In this document: piece by piece, positions 29,366 through 38,112 of the stretch | Position numbering within the stretch: the stretch's first letter is position 1 | Layout: each line of letters opens with the position of its first letter | Origin: a bacterium | GTDB lineage: Bacteria; Patescibacteriota; Minisyncoccia; UBA6257; UBA9933 | DNA: 64,000 nucleotides | Assembly (NCBI GenBank): GCA_030693235.1 | Contig: JAUYBE010000016.1 | Location: forward strand, 35,917-99,916 | Direction: 5' to 3' | Program-made: the position numbers and the translations under genes | Notes under the pieces: generated by a model | Seen by the model: the letters and a program-made list of their open reading frames with translations, nothing else | Database searches by the model: none | Told to the model about the DNA's origin: nothing

Positions 29366-31228
29366 TTAAAATTTATTTAAAACCGCTTTCGCCCAAGAAC
29401 GGGACCAATGGGATTTAGTATTTTGTATTTGGTATTTTGTATCTTGTATCTCGCGAAGCCAGTTTTGAAACGGAAAAGTAAAACCCATTTTTGGACGGGT
29501 GAAAATTTCTTGAGGCAATAAATCGCGAACCGCGGCGACGAGAAGGGGCTTATTTATGTTTTTTAGTTCTTTAGTTTTTAAGTTTTTAAGTTTTAAGTTT
29601 GCGGGCAAACTGCTTAAATATTCAACCAGCGGGTGGTCCAAAAACGGCACCCGGACTTCAACCGAATGACGCATTGACATAAAATCGGTGTCTTTAAGCA
29701 ATTGGTTTTGAAGATAGAATTTAAGTTCAAGATAGGAAAGAAGGCCAATTGGATGTAATTGTTCTAAGTGTTGTAATTGATGCGATAATTTATCTATAAA
29801 ATTATTTACTTCTTGAACATTAGTATCTAAAATCTTCGCGGTTTCTTGAGGAGTGAATAAGCCCCTAATCCCTAAATAAAAACTTAAAATATCGTCATTG
29901 GTAAAATAACTTAATTTAGAATACTTGTCGCCAAATAAACTGCCCAATTTTAGCGGAGATTTTAAAAATTTCGGCAAATTCTGGATTTTTCTTAGTAATT
30001 CCGCCCGGCGAAAATGCGGATAACCCAAAAATATTTCATCCGCTCCTAGTCCGGAAAGAACGGTTTTTAACCCGGCCTGCTTGGCCGCCTTGGCGATAAA
30101 AAAAGTGTTGACGCCGTCTATTGTCGGCTGATCCATCGCTTCAAAAATTTCTTCAAACGAATCGTAAAAATCCTGTTTTGTTATCTTTATTTTGCGATGG
30201 TCGCTGCCTATCTTTTTTGCGACCAAGTCCGAATAATATTCTTCGGAAAATTCTGGTTCGTCGAAAATAATTGATAAAGTTTTAAGACGCTGATTTTTTA
30301 TAGTTTGAGCCGCCAGCGCCGCAATCACCGACGAATCCAATCCGCCGCTTAAAAATACGCCCAAAGGCGCGTCGCTGATAAGATGAAGATTGACGGATTC
30401 TTCTAAAAGACTTCGAATACTATCACGTGTGATAGTATTATCCTGAAAGTTCTGTGTTTTGTTTTTGAAAAATTCTAAAGGCTCATAATATTGAATTAAT
30501 TTTTGACTGCCGTCAGCTTCTCGGACTAAATAATGTCCGGCCGGCACAGCATAAACATTTTTTATCGTAGTTGTCGGTAACGGCACCGAGCCGAAAAGTA
30601 AAAAACCGATATAAGCGTCGGGGTTTTTTTGAACCAGTATTATTCCGCTGTTTTCCAGCGCCTTAACCGTTGAAGCGAAAATTAATTTTTCATTATCCGA
30701 ATAATAATAAAGGGGTTTAATGCCGTATCTGTCTTTAACTAAAAATAATTTTTGATTTTTGCCATCCCAAAGTCCAAAAGCGAACATCCCGCGAAGCATT
30801 TCAAAAGATTTTTCGCCGCATTCGGCGTATAAAGCTAAAATCACCTCGGTATCGGTTTTTGTTTTGAATTTATATCCCTTTTTCTCTAAATCTTTTTTTA
30901 ATTCCAAAAAATTATAGATTTCTCCGCTGTAGGTTATTACTAATGTCTGGACATCCGACGTCCTAAAATTACCGCCAATATTTGGGACGTCGGATGTCCT
31001 TAAAATTGACCCATTTTGCCAAATCATCGGTTGGTGGCCAGACTTTGAAAGGTCGATAATAGAAAGCCGGGAGTGCCCCAGCGCAACACCGTTTTTTACA
31101 TCAACAAAAACGCCTTCGTCGTCTGGACCGCGATTTTTCTGGGAGGTGTTCATTTTCCCCGCTGCCGCTTCCAAATCTTTTTTATTATAAATTTTTTTAT
31201 TTTGATAAATTCCGGCAATGCCGCACAT
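29366..31228 (-). CDS. asnB: Asparagine synthase (glutamine-hydrolysing)-type amidotransferase with several repeat-derived inserts
   Basis: MCGIAG, RGPD, RLSIID, SGGLDSS, GADE and RVPFLD motifs. Confidence 0.93.
   Translation of the reverse strand: MCGIAGIYQNKKIYNKKDLEAAAGKMNTSQKNRGPDDEGVFVDVKNGVALGHSRLSIIDLSKSGHQPMIWQNGSILRTSDVPNIGGNFRTSDVQTLVITYSGEIYNFLELKKDLEKKGYKFKTKTDTEVILALYAECGEKSFEMLRGMFAFGLWDGKNQKLFLVKDRYGIKPLYYYSDNEKLIFASTVKALENSGIILVQKNPDAYIGFLLFGSVPLPTTTIKNVYAVPAGHYLVREADGSQKLIQYYEPLEFFKNKTQNFQDNTITRDSIRSLLEESVNLHLISDAPLGVFLSGGLDSSVIAALAAQTIKNQRLKTLSIIFDEPEFSEEYYSDLVAKKIGSDHRKIKITKQDFYDSFEEIFEAMDQPTIDGVNTFFIAKAAKQAGLKTVLSGLGADEIFLGYPHFRRAELLRKIQNLPKFLKSPLKLGSLFGDKYSKLSYFTNDDILSFYLGIRGLFTPQETAKILDTNVQEVNNFIDKLSHQLQHLEQLHPIGLLSYLELKFYLQNQLLKDTDFMSMRHSVEVRVPFLDHPLVEYLSSLPANLKLKNLKTKELKNINKPLLVAAVRDLLPQEIFTRPKMGFTFPFQNWLREIQDTKYQIQNTKSHWSRSWAKAVLNKF
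30949..30999. repeat. Family D double hairpin, in frame in asnB
   Basis: Encodes RTSDVPNIGGNFRTSDVQ. Confidence 0.85.
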
Positions 31229-31246
31229 AGTTTTTTTATTCTTTAA

Positions 31247-31507
31247 TTACTTATACAAATTACTATGCGTATCAATGGCAATGAATATGATTATATCAAA
31301 AGATATTCGCTTATAGATTGACCTAAGATCGCCGGCGATATTGACGCTCCGATAGCCCAAGTATTTTCCCCTAAGCGGGTGATTATTTAAAACCGGATTG
31401 AATTCGTCCTGAATAAATAGAGCTAATCGCTCTTTTACTTTCTCTTTCTCGTTAGTTTTAAGTTTTTTATACTGCTTTTCAAAATTTCTATGAAATCTTA
31501 TTTTCAT
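31247..31507 (-). CDS. RelE/YafQ-family toxin
   Basis: F.KQYKKL, NHPLRG, SVNIAGDLR and THSNLY motifs. Confidence 0.85.
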   Translation of the reverse strand: MKIRFHRNFEKQYKKLKTNEKEKVKERLALFIQDEFNPVLNNHPLRGKYLGYRSVNIAGDLRSIYKRISFDIIIFIAIDTHSNLYK

Positions 31508-31782
31508 AACGAGCCAAGATATTCTCTCATTTCTTCCGCCGACTTAAAAACGGGTGATAAATTTTTCTTATTTTTTATGTCCTTTTCCGCAATGCCTAAA
31601 AATTTTTCAAATTCAGGGATTATTTGCGGAATATCGGAAAAACGCACCTCGCGGGTTCTGATAAAATTTCTTAAAGAGGCGTTTATCACATCACTCAAAG
31701 AAATACCAATCTCCTCGGCAATCTTTTGAACATTCTCTTTTACTTCCTTATTGGTTTTTACGCTTATTACTACTTTAGCCAT
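31504..31782 (-). CDS. RelB/DinJ-family antitoxin
   Basis: RHH-like KEVKE...IGISLSDVINASL; ATGA overlap with the toxin. Confidence 0.8.
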   Translation of the reverse strand: MAKVVISVKTNKEVKENVQKIAEEIGISLSDVINASLRNFIRTREVRFSDIPQIIPEFEKFLGIAEKDIKNKKNLSPVFKSAEEMREYLGSL

Positions 31783-31827
31783 ATATCTAAAGTATATACA
31801 ACAGTAATCTGTTGTCAACTATTTTTT

Positions 31828-32394
31828 TTACTGATTTAATATCGCTTTCACCCTCTCATCTTCCGGCCAGTATTTAAGAATTTTTTCGCCGATTTTCCGC
31901 GTGTTTTCCTCGTCGCCTCTTAAACGGTATAGATCAAATAAATTATAAAGAACCGGCGGGAGTTTCGGACCATAAATCAAGGCCTCGCGATAATATTCTT
32001 CTGATTTTAGAAAATCGTTTTCATTACCTGATTTCTCCCATAAAAAGAAATATATCTGAGCCAAAATAAGGAGATGCCTTGTTTCATCTTTTCTCATTTT
32101 TGGCTCTAAATATTCAACTAAATAACGCGAGGCAATTTCTGGATTTTTAGGATTAGCCACCGCATTGACTAAATTATTTCCCAAAAACCTTGCCGCCTCG
32201 TAATCGCCAATCGGCGAATAAAAACCGAAAAGCTTGTCAAAAACTTTCTTAAAGTCTTCCGGGGTTTTCAGAGACGGCATTTGGTAAGCTGATTTTATAT
32301 AAAGTTGAGCCTTTTTAAAAGGCAAAATAGAACCAAAATAGATTGCGAATAAAACAATGACAATGACTATGACAATGATAATTTTTTTAATCAT
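31828..32394 (-). CDS. Membrane-anchored TPR-like protein
   Basis: N-terminal TM helix, helical repeats; translationally coupled to the ligase gene. Confidence 0.55.
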   Translation of the reverse strand: MIKKIIIVIVIVIVLFAIYFGSILPFKKAQLYIKSAYQMPSLKTPEDFKKVFDKLFGFYSPIGDYEAARFLGNNLVNAVANPKNPEIASRYLVEYLEPKMRKDETRHLLILAQIYFFLWEKSGNENDFLKSEEYYREALIYGPKLPPVLYNLFDLYRLRGDEENTRKIGEKILKYWPEDERVKAILNQ

Positions 32395-34322
32395 ATACGA
32401 ATATCTGCTCTTAATTTATAGGTCGCAAATGCCAAAAACAGAAACAAATTAATATAAAGCGGCAAAATTTCAAATAAAACAATGCCTTGAATAAGATAAG
32501 CAACGGGCAAAGCGAATATTAACGCGGACTCAAGCGGACTTAAAAAAACGGACTTGGCGGACTTGGGCGTTAACGCGGACTGATGCTGACCTAAAACGGA
32601 CTTAGCGGACGAGGCGGACTGAGATAATAGACCCGGGGCATAAATTATTCTTTCTATTTGAACGTCATTTTTTTGACCAAAATTAACTAATAAAGCCAAT
32701 TGATAAGGCAATCCCCTTAAATAGTGCCAAATCTGTTTCTTTTCGTTTCTCCCTAAAAAGGGAAGTGATTTTAATTCTAAAATAATTTTATTCTCAATAA
32801 TAAAATCAGGTTTATAAACACCAACCTTTTTGTTGTTATACATAACATCAAGAGGTTTTTCTCTTTCAAAAATAATACCTCTTTTATTAAATTCTTCTTC
32901 CAAAGCATTCTGATAAATAAACTCTTTATGTCCTAGACCGAGTTGTTTCTTAACATCAAAGATCGCCCCTCTTATTTTATAAGTTATATCCTCGTATAAT
33001 AATTTGGAATTATTGTCCGCCATAGTCCGTGTTTTATCAAAGTCCGCTAAAGTCCGCGTCTTGAAAAGAAGTTGCCAATAAAACACTCCGAAAATGCTCA
33101 AAAAACTTAATAATCCAAGAATGCCGGTTTCGGCCAAATAGTCAAAATAAACGCTGTGCGCTCGGTCAAACCAGGCGCCAAAACCAGATGAAGGAACAAA
33201 ATATTCCGTGTTAAAATGCCGGTCAAAAACTTGTAAGAAATTCTCCGGGCCCCAGCCCAAAAGCGGTCGTTCTTTCCAGCCGTCAATGGCAATTTCCCAC
33301 ATAATTGTCCGGTGCTGAAAAGTTTCTGCCGAAAAAGAAATGTCAAAAAGTCGCGAACCGGGAATAGATTTCACAAAAGGAGTGTCTTTAAAATAAACCA
33401 TTGCGCCAACTCCTAAAATTAAAATAATTGTTAAAGCCAAAAGATGTTTCCGCCATTTCTTTTGTTGATAAACAAAATAAAAGACACCGCCAATAATCGC
33501 GGCAATTAAACCAAGAAAAGCGCCGCGGGTTGCCGCCAACCAGAAGAAGATAAAGAAAAAAATTATCAGGCCGATAAGTAACATAAATTTCTTATCCGTA
33601 TTAATCCGCGTCAATAAAAGATAACCAGCATAAAACAAAGCAAAAATTAAATAGGTGGCAGTATAAGCCGGGTTGCCTAAGGAGCCGGCAAAACGGAAAT
33701 GAGGGTCTTTAAGGGATCCGCCGATAAAACCCTTAAAGGTTTGAAAATAGGGTCCTCCTCGGCCGGTTATTTCTCTAATCTCAAAACCACTTTCTGTCCG
33801 GACGCTCATTTCCGCGTCAATATATTTTAAATGGGCGCCGATTCCGTAAAAAATTACCAAAACCGCGGCTAAAATTGAAATCCAAAATAGTTTTTTCCAA
33901 TCTTTTTCTTCCCGAAACAAAATTACCAGAAGCAAAAAGAAAATCCCAAGATAAAGTATCTGTAAACCGCCTTCCCCTCTTTCAAAATTGGACCAAAAGG
34001 ACATTGCCGGGTCAACGCCGAAAAAACAAGCAAGAAGAAATATCATGACAAAAGCGAAGACCGCCCAAACCAGCGCAGACTTACGCAGACTTAACGCAGG
34101 CTCACACAGAAAATTCCGCGTAGTTCCGCGTGTTTGTCCGCGTAGTTCCGCGTTTTGGAAAAGCAGTCCCAACAGAAAAAATATTAATGCCAAACTCACA
34201 CTTGTTCTAAAAAAAACATATTTACCGACGATAAAAGGAAAAAGCGTAGAAGTAGAAACAATAACAACGCTAAATGGAACAAGATAAAGAAAAAATTTGG
34301 AAAGTTTGAAGTAATTTATCAT
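32391..34322 (-). CDS. O-antigen ligase/O-oligosaccharyltransferase family protein with an in-frame GxxExxY nuclease insertion
   Basis: GSLGNP, TRGA, GWGPENF and DRAHS..D.LAETGILG motifs. Confidence 0.88.
   Translation of the reverse strand: MINYFKLSKFFLYLVPFSVVIVSTSTLFPFIVGKYVFFRTSVSLALIFFLLGLLFQNAELRGQTRGTTRNFLCEPALSLRKSALVWAVFAFVMIFLLACFFGVDPAMSFWSNFERGEGGLQILYLGIFFLLLVILFREEKDWKKLFWISILAAVLVIFYGIGAHLKYIDAEMSVRTESGFEIREITGRGGPYFQTFKGFIGGSLKDPHFRFAGSLGNPAYTATYLIFALFYAGYLLLTRINTDKKFMLLIGLIIFFFIFFWLAATRGAFLGLIAAIIGGVFYFVYQQKKWRKHLLALTIILILGVGAMVYFKDTPFVKSIPGSRLFDISFSAETFQHRTIMWEIAIDGWKERPLLGWGPENFLQVFDRHFNTEYFVPSSGFGAWFDRAHSVYFDYLAETGILGLLSFLSIFGVFYWQLLFKTRTLADFDKTRTMADNNSKLLYEDITYKIRGAIFDVKKQLGLGHKEFIYQNALEEEFNKRGIIFEREKPLDVMYNNKKVGVYKPDFIIENKIILELKSLPFLGRNEKKQIWHYLRGLPYQLALLVNFGQKNDVQIERIIYAPGLLSQSASSAKSVLGQHQSALTPKSAKSVFLSPLESALIFALPVAYLIQGIVLFEILPLYINLFLFLAFATYKLRADIRI
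32521..33060 (-). mobile_element. 540-nt element: GxxExxY (PD-(D/E)XK) nuclease between ~42-nt terminal inverted repeats
   Basis: GHKEFIY and PDFIIENKIILELK motifs; TIRs at 32522-32562 and 33015-33059. Confidence 0.8.
34073..34155. repeat. Family B empty inverted array, in frame in the ligase
   Basis: Encodes NAELRGQTRGTTRNFLCEPALSLRKSA. Confidence 0.85.
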
Positions 34323-34356
34323 AACGCTGATTTATAAAGTTTAATAGTTTAATAGT

Positions 34357-34827
34357 TTAATAGTTTAAAGACGGGTGGTCTTTTGGCAAAGCAGAGCGGA
34401 TTAATTCTTTTATTTCTTTTTGTTTTTCGTCTACCGGTTTTTTAAATTTTAAACCTTTATACTTTGAAACTTTTAAGCCGCCTATGAACTTGAAAATTAA
34501 AGCCGAGACGTATTTTGCCAATTCAACCCCGTCTTTTAATTCTTGAGCGCTGATATAGCCTTGATCAAACGCCACATAAAGTTGGGCGCGGACTTCGCCG
34601 CAGGACGCTTTGGCTATATAGAGAAAATAAAGAATTTCTTCCTTACCTCCTCGCTCAAAACCCTCGGCGATATTTGACATTACCGAGACAGCGGCGCGGC
34701 GGATTTGGTCGATTAAGCCGAAGTCGCGGCTGAATTCCAACTTTCGCGTATAACTATAAATCAATTTAACTAATTCGCGAGATTTTTGCCAGACGAACAA
34801 ATCTTCGAAAGATTTTGCGCTGCTCAT
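34357..34827 (-). CDS. Four-helix-bundle protein (23S rRNA IVP-like family)
   Basis: FEDLFVWQKS, DQIRRAAVSVMSNIAEGFER and AKASCGEVR motifs. Confidence 0.9.
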   Translation of the reverse strand: MSSAKSFEDLFVWQKSRELVKLIYSYTRKLEFSRDFGLIDQIRRAAVSVMSNIAEGFERGGKEEILYFLYIAKASCGEVRAQLYVAFDQGYISAQELKDGVELAKYVSALIFKFIGGLKVSKYKGLKFKKPVDEKQKEIKELIRSALPKDHPSLNY

Positions 34828-34831
34828 ACGC

Positions 34832-34969
34832 TAAAAGTATAAAAGTTTAAAAGTTTAAAGGCAATACTTATACTTAAAGTTTAAAAGCAGAATCTAAAAG
34901 CTAAAAGTTTAAAGGTTTAAGGGCAAGTTTAAAAGTATAAAAACAATAGAAAATTTAAAAGTTTAAAAG
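34832..34969. repeat. Degenerate TAAAAGTT 8-mer array upstream of the four-helix gene (matching array at 34336-34369)
   Basis: taaaagtataaaagtttaaaagtttaaag... seen directly. Confidence 0.75.
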
Positions 34970-35005
34970 CAAACCAAAAACCGCCCGTCGGCGGTTTTTG
35001 GTTTG
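34970..35005 (-). terminator. Intrinsic terminator downstream of the S-layer-like gene
   Basis: caaaccaaaaaccgcc-cgtc-ggcggtttttggtttg perfect stem. Confidence 0.75.
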
Positions 35006-35112
35006 TCCGATTATTTGCTATCGGGAAACTTCGGTTCATTCTTATCTTAATCTTACTTGCGTTTCCTTGCAAAACATCAAGATTAATTAATAACCTTGAA
35101 TGGTAATGTTGC

Positions 35113-37005
35113 TTATTTAGCAATATAAGCTTGTACGCCTACAGCTGTTGGAAGAGCATATAAGTAGTCAACAACACCTGTTGTACCATTTGGATTTGCT
35201 GTCAACCGAATTCCACTTAATTTGGCATTGTTATAACCATCAGCTGCTGCTACTGTGATTTTGTAACTAACAGTAAATGTATTTGTTGATCCATTTATGA
35301 TCTTAAATACACCGTCTGTATTAACAGAATCAGTAGATGTTATGTCTAGCTGAGTAAATGAATAAACGGTAGATGTTGGTGTTCCATCTAATACTCCTTG
35401 AGCTAACAAAATACCCTGTGCTGCTCCTGCAGCAGCAGTAATGTATTCATTTCGTCCATTAGCTTTTACGCTAAACGAAAGAGTTCCTGTCATTTGCTGA
35501 GGAGTTGCACTACTAATTATGTTTGCAACTAGTGGAGTGCTTGCACTAACGAAAGCAACAGTCGGAGCATATTCGTAGAAGTACATCTTTTCACCTGTAA
35601 CTGGAGCTGGTGTAGCCACAGCTGTGAATGAAGGACCAGTTGTAGCAGTAATTGTAGAAATAGCTGCAGTAATTGCGTCACCATTAACTACAAAACTTTC
35701 AGCAAGATGATTCATCTTTGCATATACTGACAATGTTTTTGTTACATCTTTTGCTAAATCGATATTTAGAAGAGGGAAGGTAAATGTTCCAGCTCCTGTT
35801 ACAGAAGCTAGAATATTTGCACCATCACGAAGCTCAAATGAAGCAACAGCCCCTGAAACAGTAGTGCTAGCACCAACTCTTGCAGCAGTACCAGCTATAG
35901 CTGTAATATTAACTGCTCCAACTTTTGCTTTAAGATCAAAGTCCATCAACTTAACATCAGTCAAAGTTCCAGCAATAGTGTTAAGACCAGAAACTGCTTG
36001 TGTTTTTGGAGAAGATAAACTTAAAGAATTTTCTAATGTACCTGCTGCAGTAACAGCTGTACTTGAAAGATTTATAATACGAGCTGTCATCTTGTAGACA
36101 TCTGAGATACCTGCACCATCAGTTGCTCTTACTGTACTTGTATTAAGTACATTAGTTGAAACACTAGCAGAAGTAAGTTCTGGACGAGTAACATTCAATG
36201 TCAAAATCTTTGTTGTTCCAACTGGAACTACTACATTAAGACCATTGAATTGAAGTTGATACGCAGAACCTGCTGTAACCTCAGTAACGGTTGAAGCTGA
36301 AAGAGGAATAGTTGCAAGAACTGTTGAGCCATCTGACAAAGTAATATTACTTGCAGACAACCATATACGACTGTCGATATCTAACCACATACGAGTAACT
36401 TTCATATCAGAACCTGTAGCCTTGAGCTTTATAGCCATAACATCTTTACTCTCACCTTTTAGAACAGATAAGTTGTCTGAAGGAAGAGCGTCGTAAGTTA
36501 CGGCGAGTGAACCTTCAACTCCGGGAACTACTGGGGTTGCCGGGGTTGCTGGGGTTGCTGGGGTTGCTGGGGTTGCTGCCAAACTGGCAACATACGCCCG
36601 AGATTTTGGACCAAAATATCCGACTGCCGGAGAAACTCCGACTGCCGCTTGATATTTAGCCAAAGCCGCCTTGGTTAATGAACCGAAGGTGGTTGTTTCA
36701 TTGCCCGCGGAACCGGCTCCAGTAGCAGCCACAGCATAACCTTTTGAATTCAAGAATTGCTGTAACGCTTTAACATCGTCTCCTTTTGAACCAAGAGTGA
36801 GGTCTTTAGTAAAGGTATACGATGGAACGACTGGGGCTGTGGTTAATTGCGCTTGCAACAACTGAATCTGAGCCAATAAGGCGTTAATTTGCGCCTGAAT
36901 GTCAGTTTGAGCTGAAGCTGGCAAAACCATAGTGACGCCAGACAATGAAATCGCGACGGCCAATGAAAGACCAATCGTTGAAAACTTTTTAATTGTATTA
37001 CCCAT
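35113..37005 (-). CDS. S-layer-like surface protein with signal peptide and peptidoglycan-binding domain
   Basis: FTKDLTLGSKGDDVKALQQFL...FGSLTKAALAKYQ; Thr/Ala/Val-rich body; (ATP)5 linker. Confidence 0.75.
   Translation of the reverse strand: MGNTIKKFSTIGLSLAVAISLSGVTMVLPASAQTDIQAQINALLAQIQLLQAQLTTAPVVPSYTFTKDLTLGSKGDDVKALQQFLNSKGYAVAATGAGSAGNETTTFGSLTKAALAKYQAAVGVSPAVGYFGPKSRAYVASLAATPATPATPATPATPVVPGVEGSLAVTYDALPSDNLSVLKGESKDVMAIKLKATGSDMKVTRMWLDIDSRIWLSASNITLSDGSTVLATIPLSASTVTEVTAGSAYQLQFNGLNVVVPVGTTKILTLNVTRPELTSASVSTNVLNTSTVRATDGAGISDVYKMTARIINLSSTAVTAAGTLENSLSLSSPKTQAVSGLNTIAGTLTDVKLMDFDLKAKVGAVNITAIAGTAARVGASTTVSGAVASFELRDGANILASVTGAGTFTFPLLNIDLAKDVTKTLSVYAKMNHLAESFVVNGDAITAAISTITATTGPSFTAVATPAPVTGEKMYFYEYAPTVAFVSASTPLVANIISSATPQQMTGTLSFSVKANGRNEYITAAAGAAQGILLAQGVLDGTPTSTVYSFTQLDITSTDSVNTDGVFKIINGSTNTFTVSYKITVAAADGYNNAKLSGIRLTANPNGTTGVVDYLYALPTAVGVQAYIAK
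36532..36577. repeat. 5 x 9-nt coding repeat (Ala-Thr-Pro linker)
   Basis: tggggttgc repeated five times. Confidence 0.9.
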
Positions 37006-37167
37006 AATTTAATTTATATTTTTATTTATTAATTATTTTTCCGGAAAGTTATGCCCCCGATTGATCGACCACCTACTTATCTCAGTGAGGTAAGATAGCA
37101 GCTCAATGAAAGAATAACTGTAGTGTTATAAATTAAAAAACTCACTTTTGGAGTGAGGCGGTGTAGA

Positions 37168-37222
37168 TTAGGTGTTAGGTGATAGGTGTTAGAAAAAAAT
37201 TACCCTAAAAACTAAAAACTAA
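37168..37222. repeat. Heptamer composite element (family C) upstream of the S-layer-like gene
   Basis: ttaggtgttaggtgataggtgttag-linker-ctaaaaactaaaaactaa. Confidence 0.75.
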
Positions 37223-37332
37223 TAAAGATTCAGCCTCACTTCTGAACCTTTTACAAAATTTTAATCAAAAACACTGTCCTGTCAACTACTTATTAATAAT
37301 GATAACGAATGGATTTAACTTTGGTTTCTCGG

Positions 37333-38112
37333 TTACGGCGACCATTTTGACGCTCCGAAGATAATCATTGCCAGAATCAAAAACATCGTGATGTTTCTTA
37401 AAACTATCCGGCGGTTGATGGTGCCGCTTAAATGATGAACGATAAAATCCTCCAAAATCAGCGCGATGAGCAGCATCAAAGAAGCGGCGTTAAAAGAACG
37501 GAACGGCAAAAAACCAATAACCCAAAGGAATTGAAGAGACAAAAAAGCCGAACCGCTGGCCATTAGATTTACTTTTTGATTTCCGAGCGGAGCTGAGATT
37601 GCTTCGGCTCCGCCTCGCAATGACATAAATAAAAATTCTTTAAAAAGAAAGAAGGTCGCCGAAAATGCCGCCGAAGATTTAACCAGAAACCAAAACGGCT
37701 GCTCAAAATTATTAAAACTGAAAAAATAAACAAAAACCGTTAAAAGCAAAAGACTGTTTAAAAGATAATATAATGGTTCACGCCGGATAAAAATCAAATC
37801 CTTGATTCCCAGGAGAAGGAAGAAGAGGAAGGAGAAGAAAATAACAATGACTATTGACCATTGACTATTAACTATTGACAAATTAACGGCTAATAAAGAA
37901 GCGGCGAGAAGCGTTAAAAAAGAGACGAGAAATTGGCGGGTGTTGAAAAAAGAACGGAAATAGAAATAAAAGGAGACAGTCAAGAACACGATGACTATTG
38001 ACCATTGACTATTGACAAGATAAAGAAGAACGGAAAAAACCGTTGCCTTAAGCGCCAATATTAAGAGTAAGCCCTTGGGGGTCTCTAAAACCGATTTTAA
38101 TTTTTTTAACAT
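37333..38112 (-). CDS. Multi-pass membrane protein of unknown function with three repeat inserts
   Basis: About 8 TM segments; VNSQWSIV twice and [10 protein letters not shown]; start uncertain. Confidence 0.65.
   Translation of the reverse strand: MLKKLKSVLETPKGLLLILALKATVFSVLLYLVNSQWSIVIVFLTVSFYFYFRSFFNTRQFLVSFLTLLAASLLAVNLSIVNSQWSIVIVIFFSFLFFLLLGIKDLIFIRREPLYYLLNSLLLLTVFVYFFSFNNFEQPFWFLVKSSAAFSATFFLFKEFLFMSLRGGAEAISAPLGNQKVNLMASGSAFLSLQFLWVIGFLPFRSFNAASLMLLIALILEDFIVHHLSGTINRRIVLRNITMFLILAMIIFGASKWSP

Noticed and set aside
32521-33060. Intein or group I/II intron explanation for the ligase insert
   Set aside because: No N-terminal Cys/Ser block, no His-Asn end and no recognisable ribozyme core; the insert is just the nuclease plus repeat arms.
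34929-35123. 64-aa ORF after the S-layer-like gene
   Set aside because: It runs through the terminator and the 8-mer array, with no protein-like signal.
37060-37250. Riboswitch in the S-layer leader
   Set aside because: Hairpins are present but match no family I can recognise; part is explained by the family C element.
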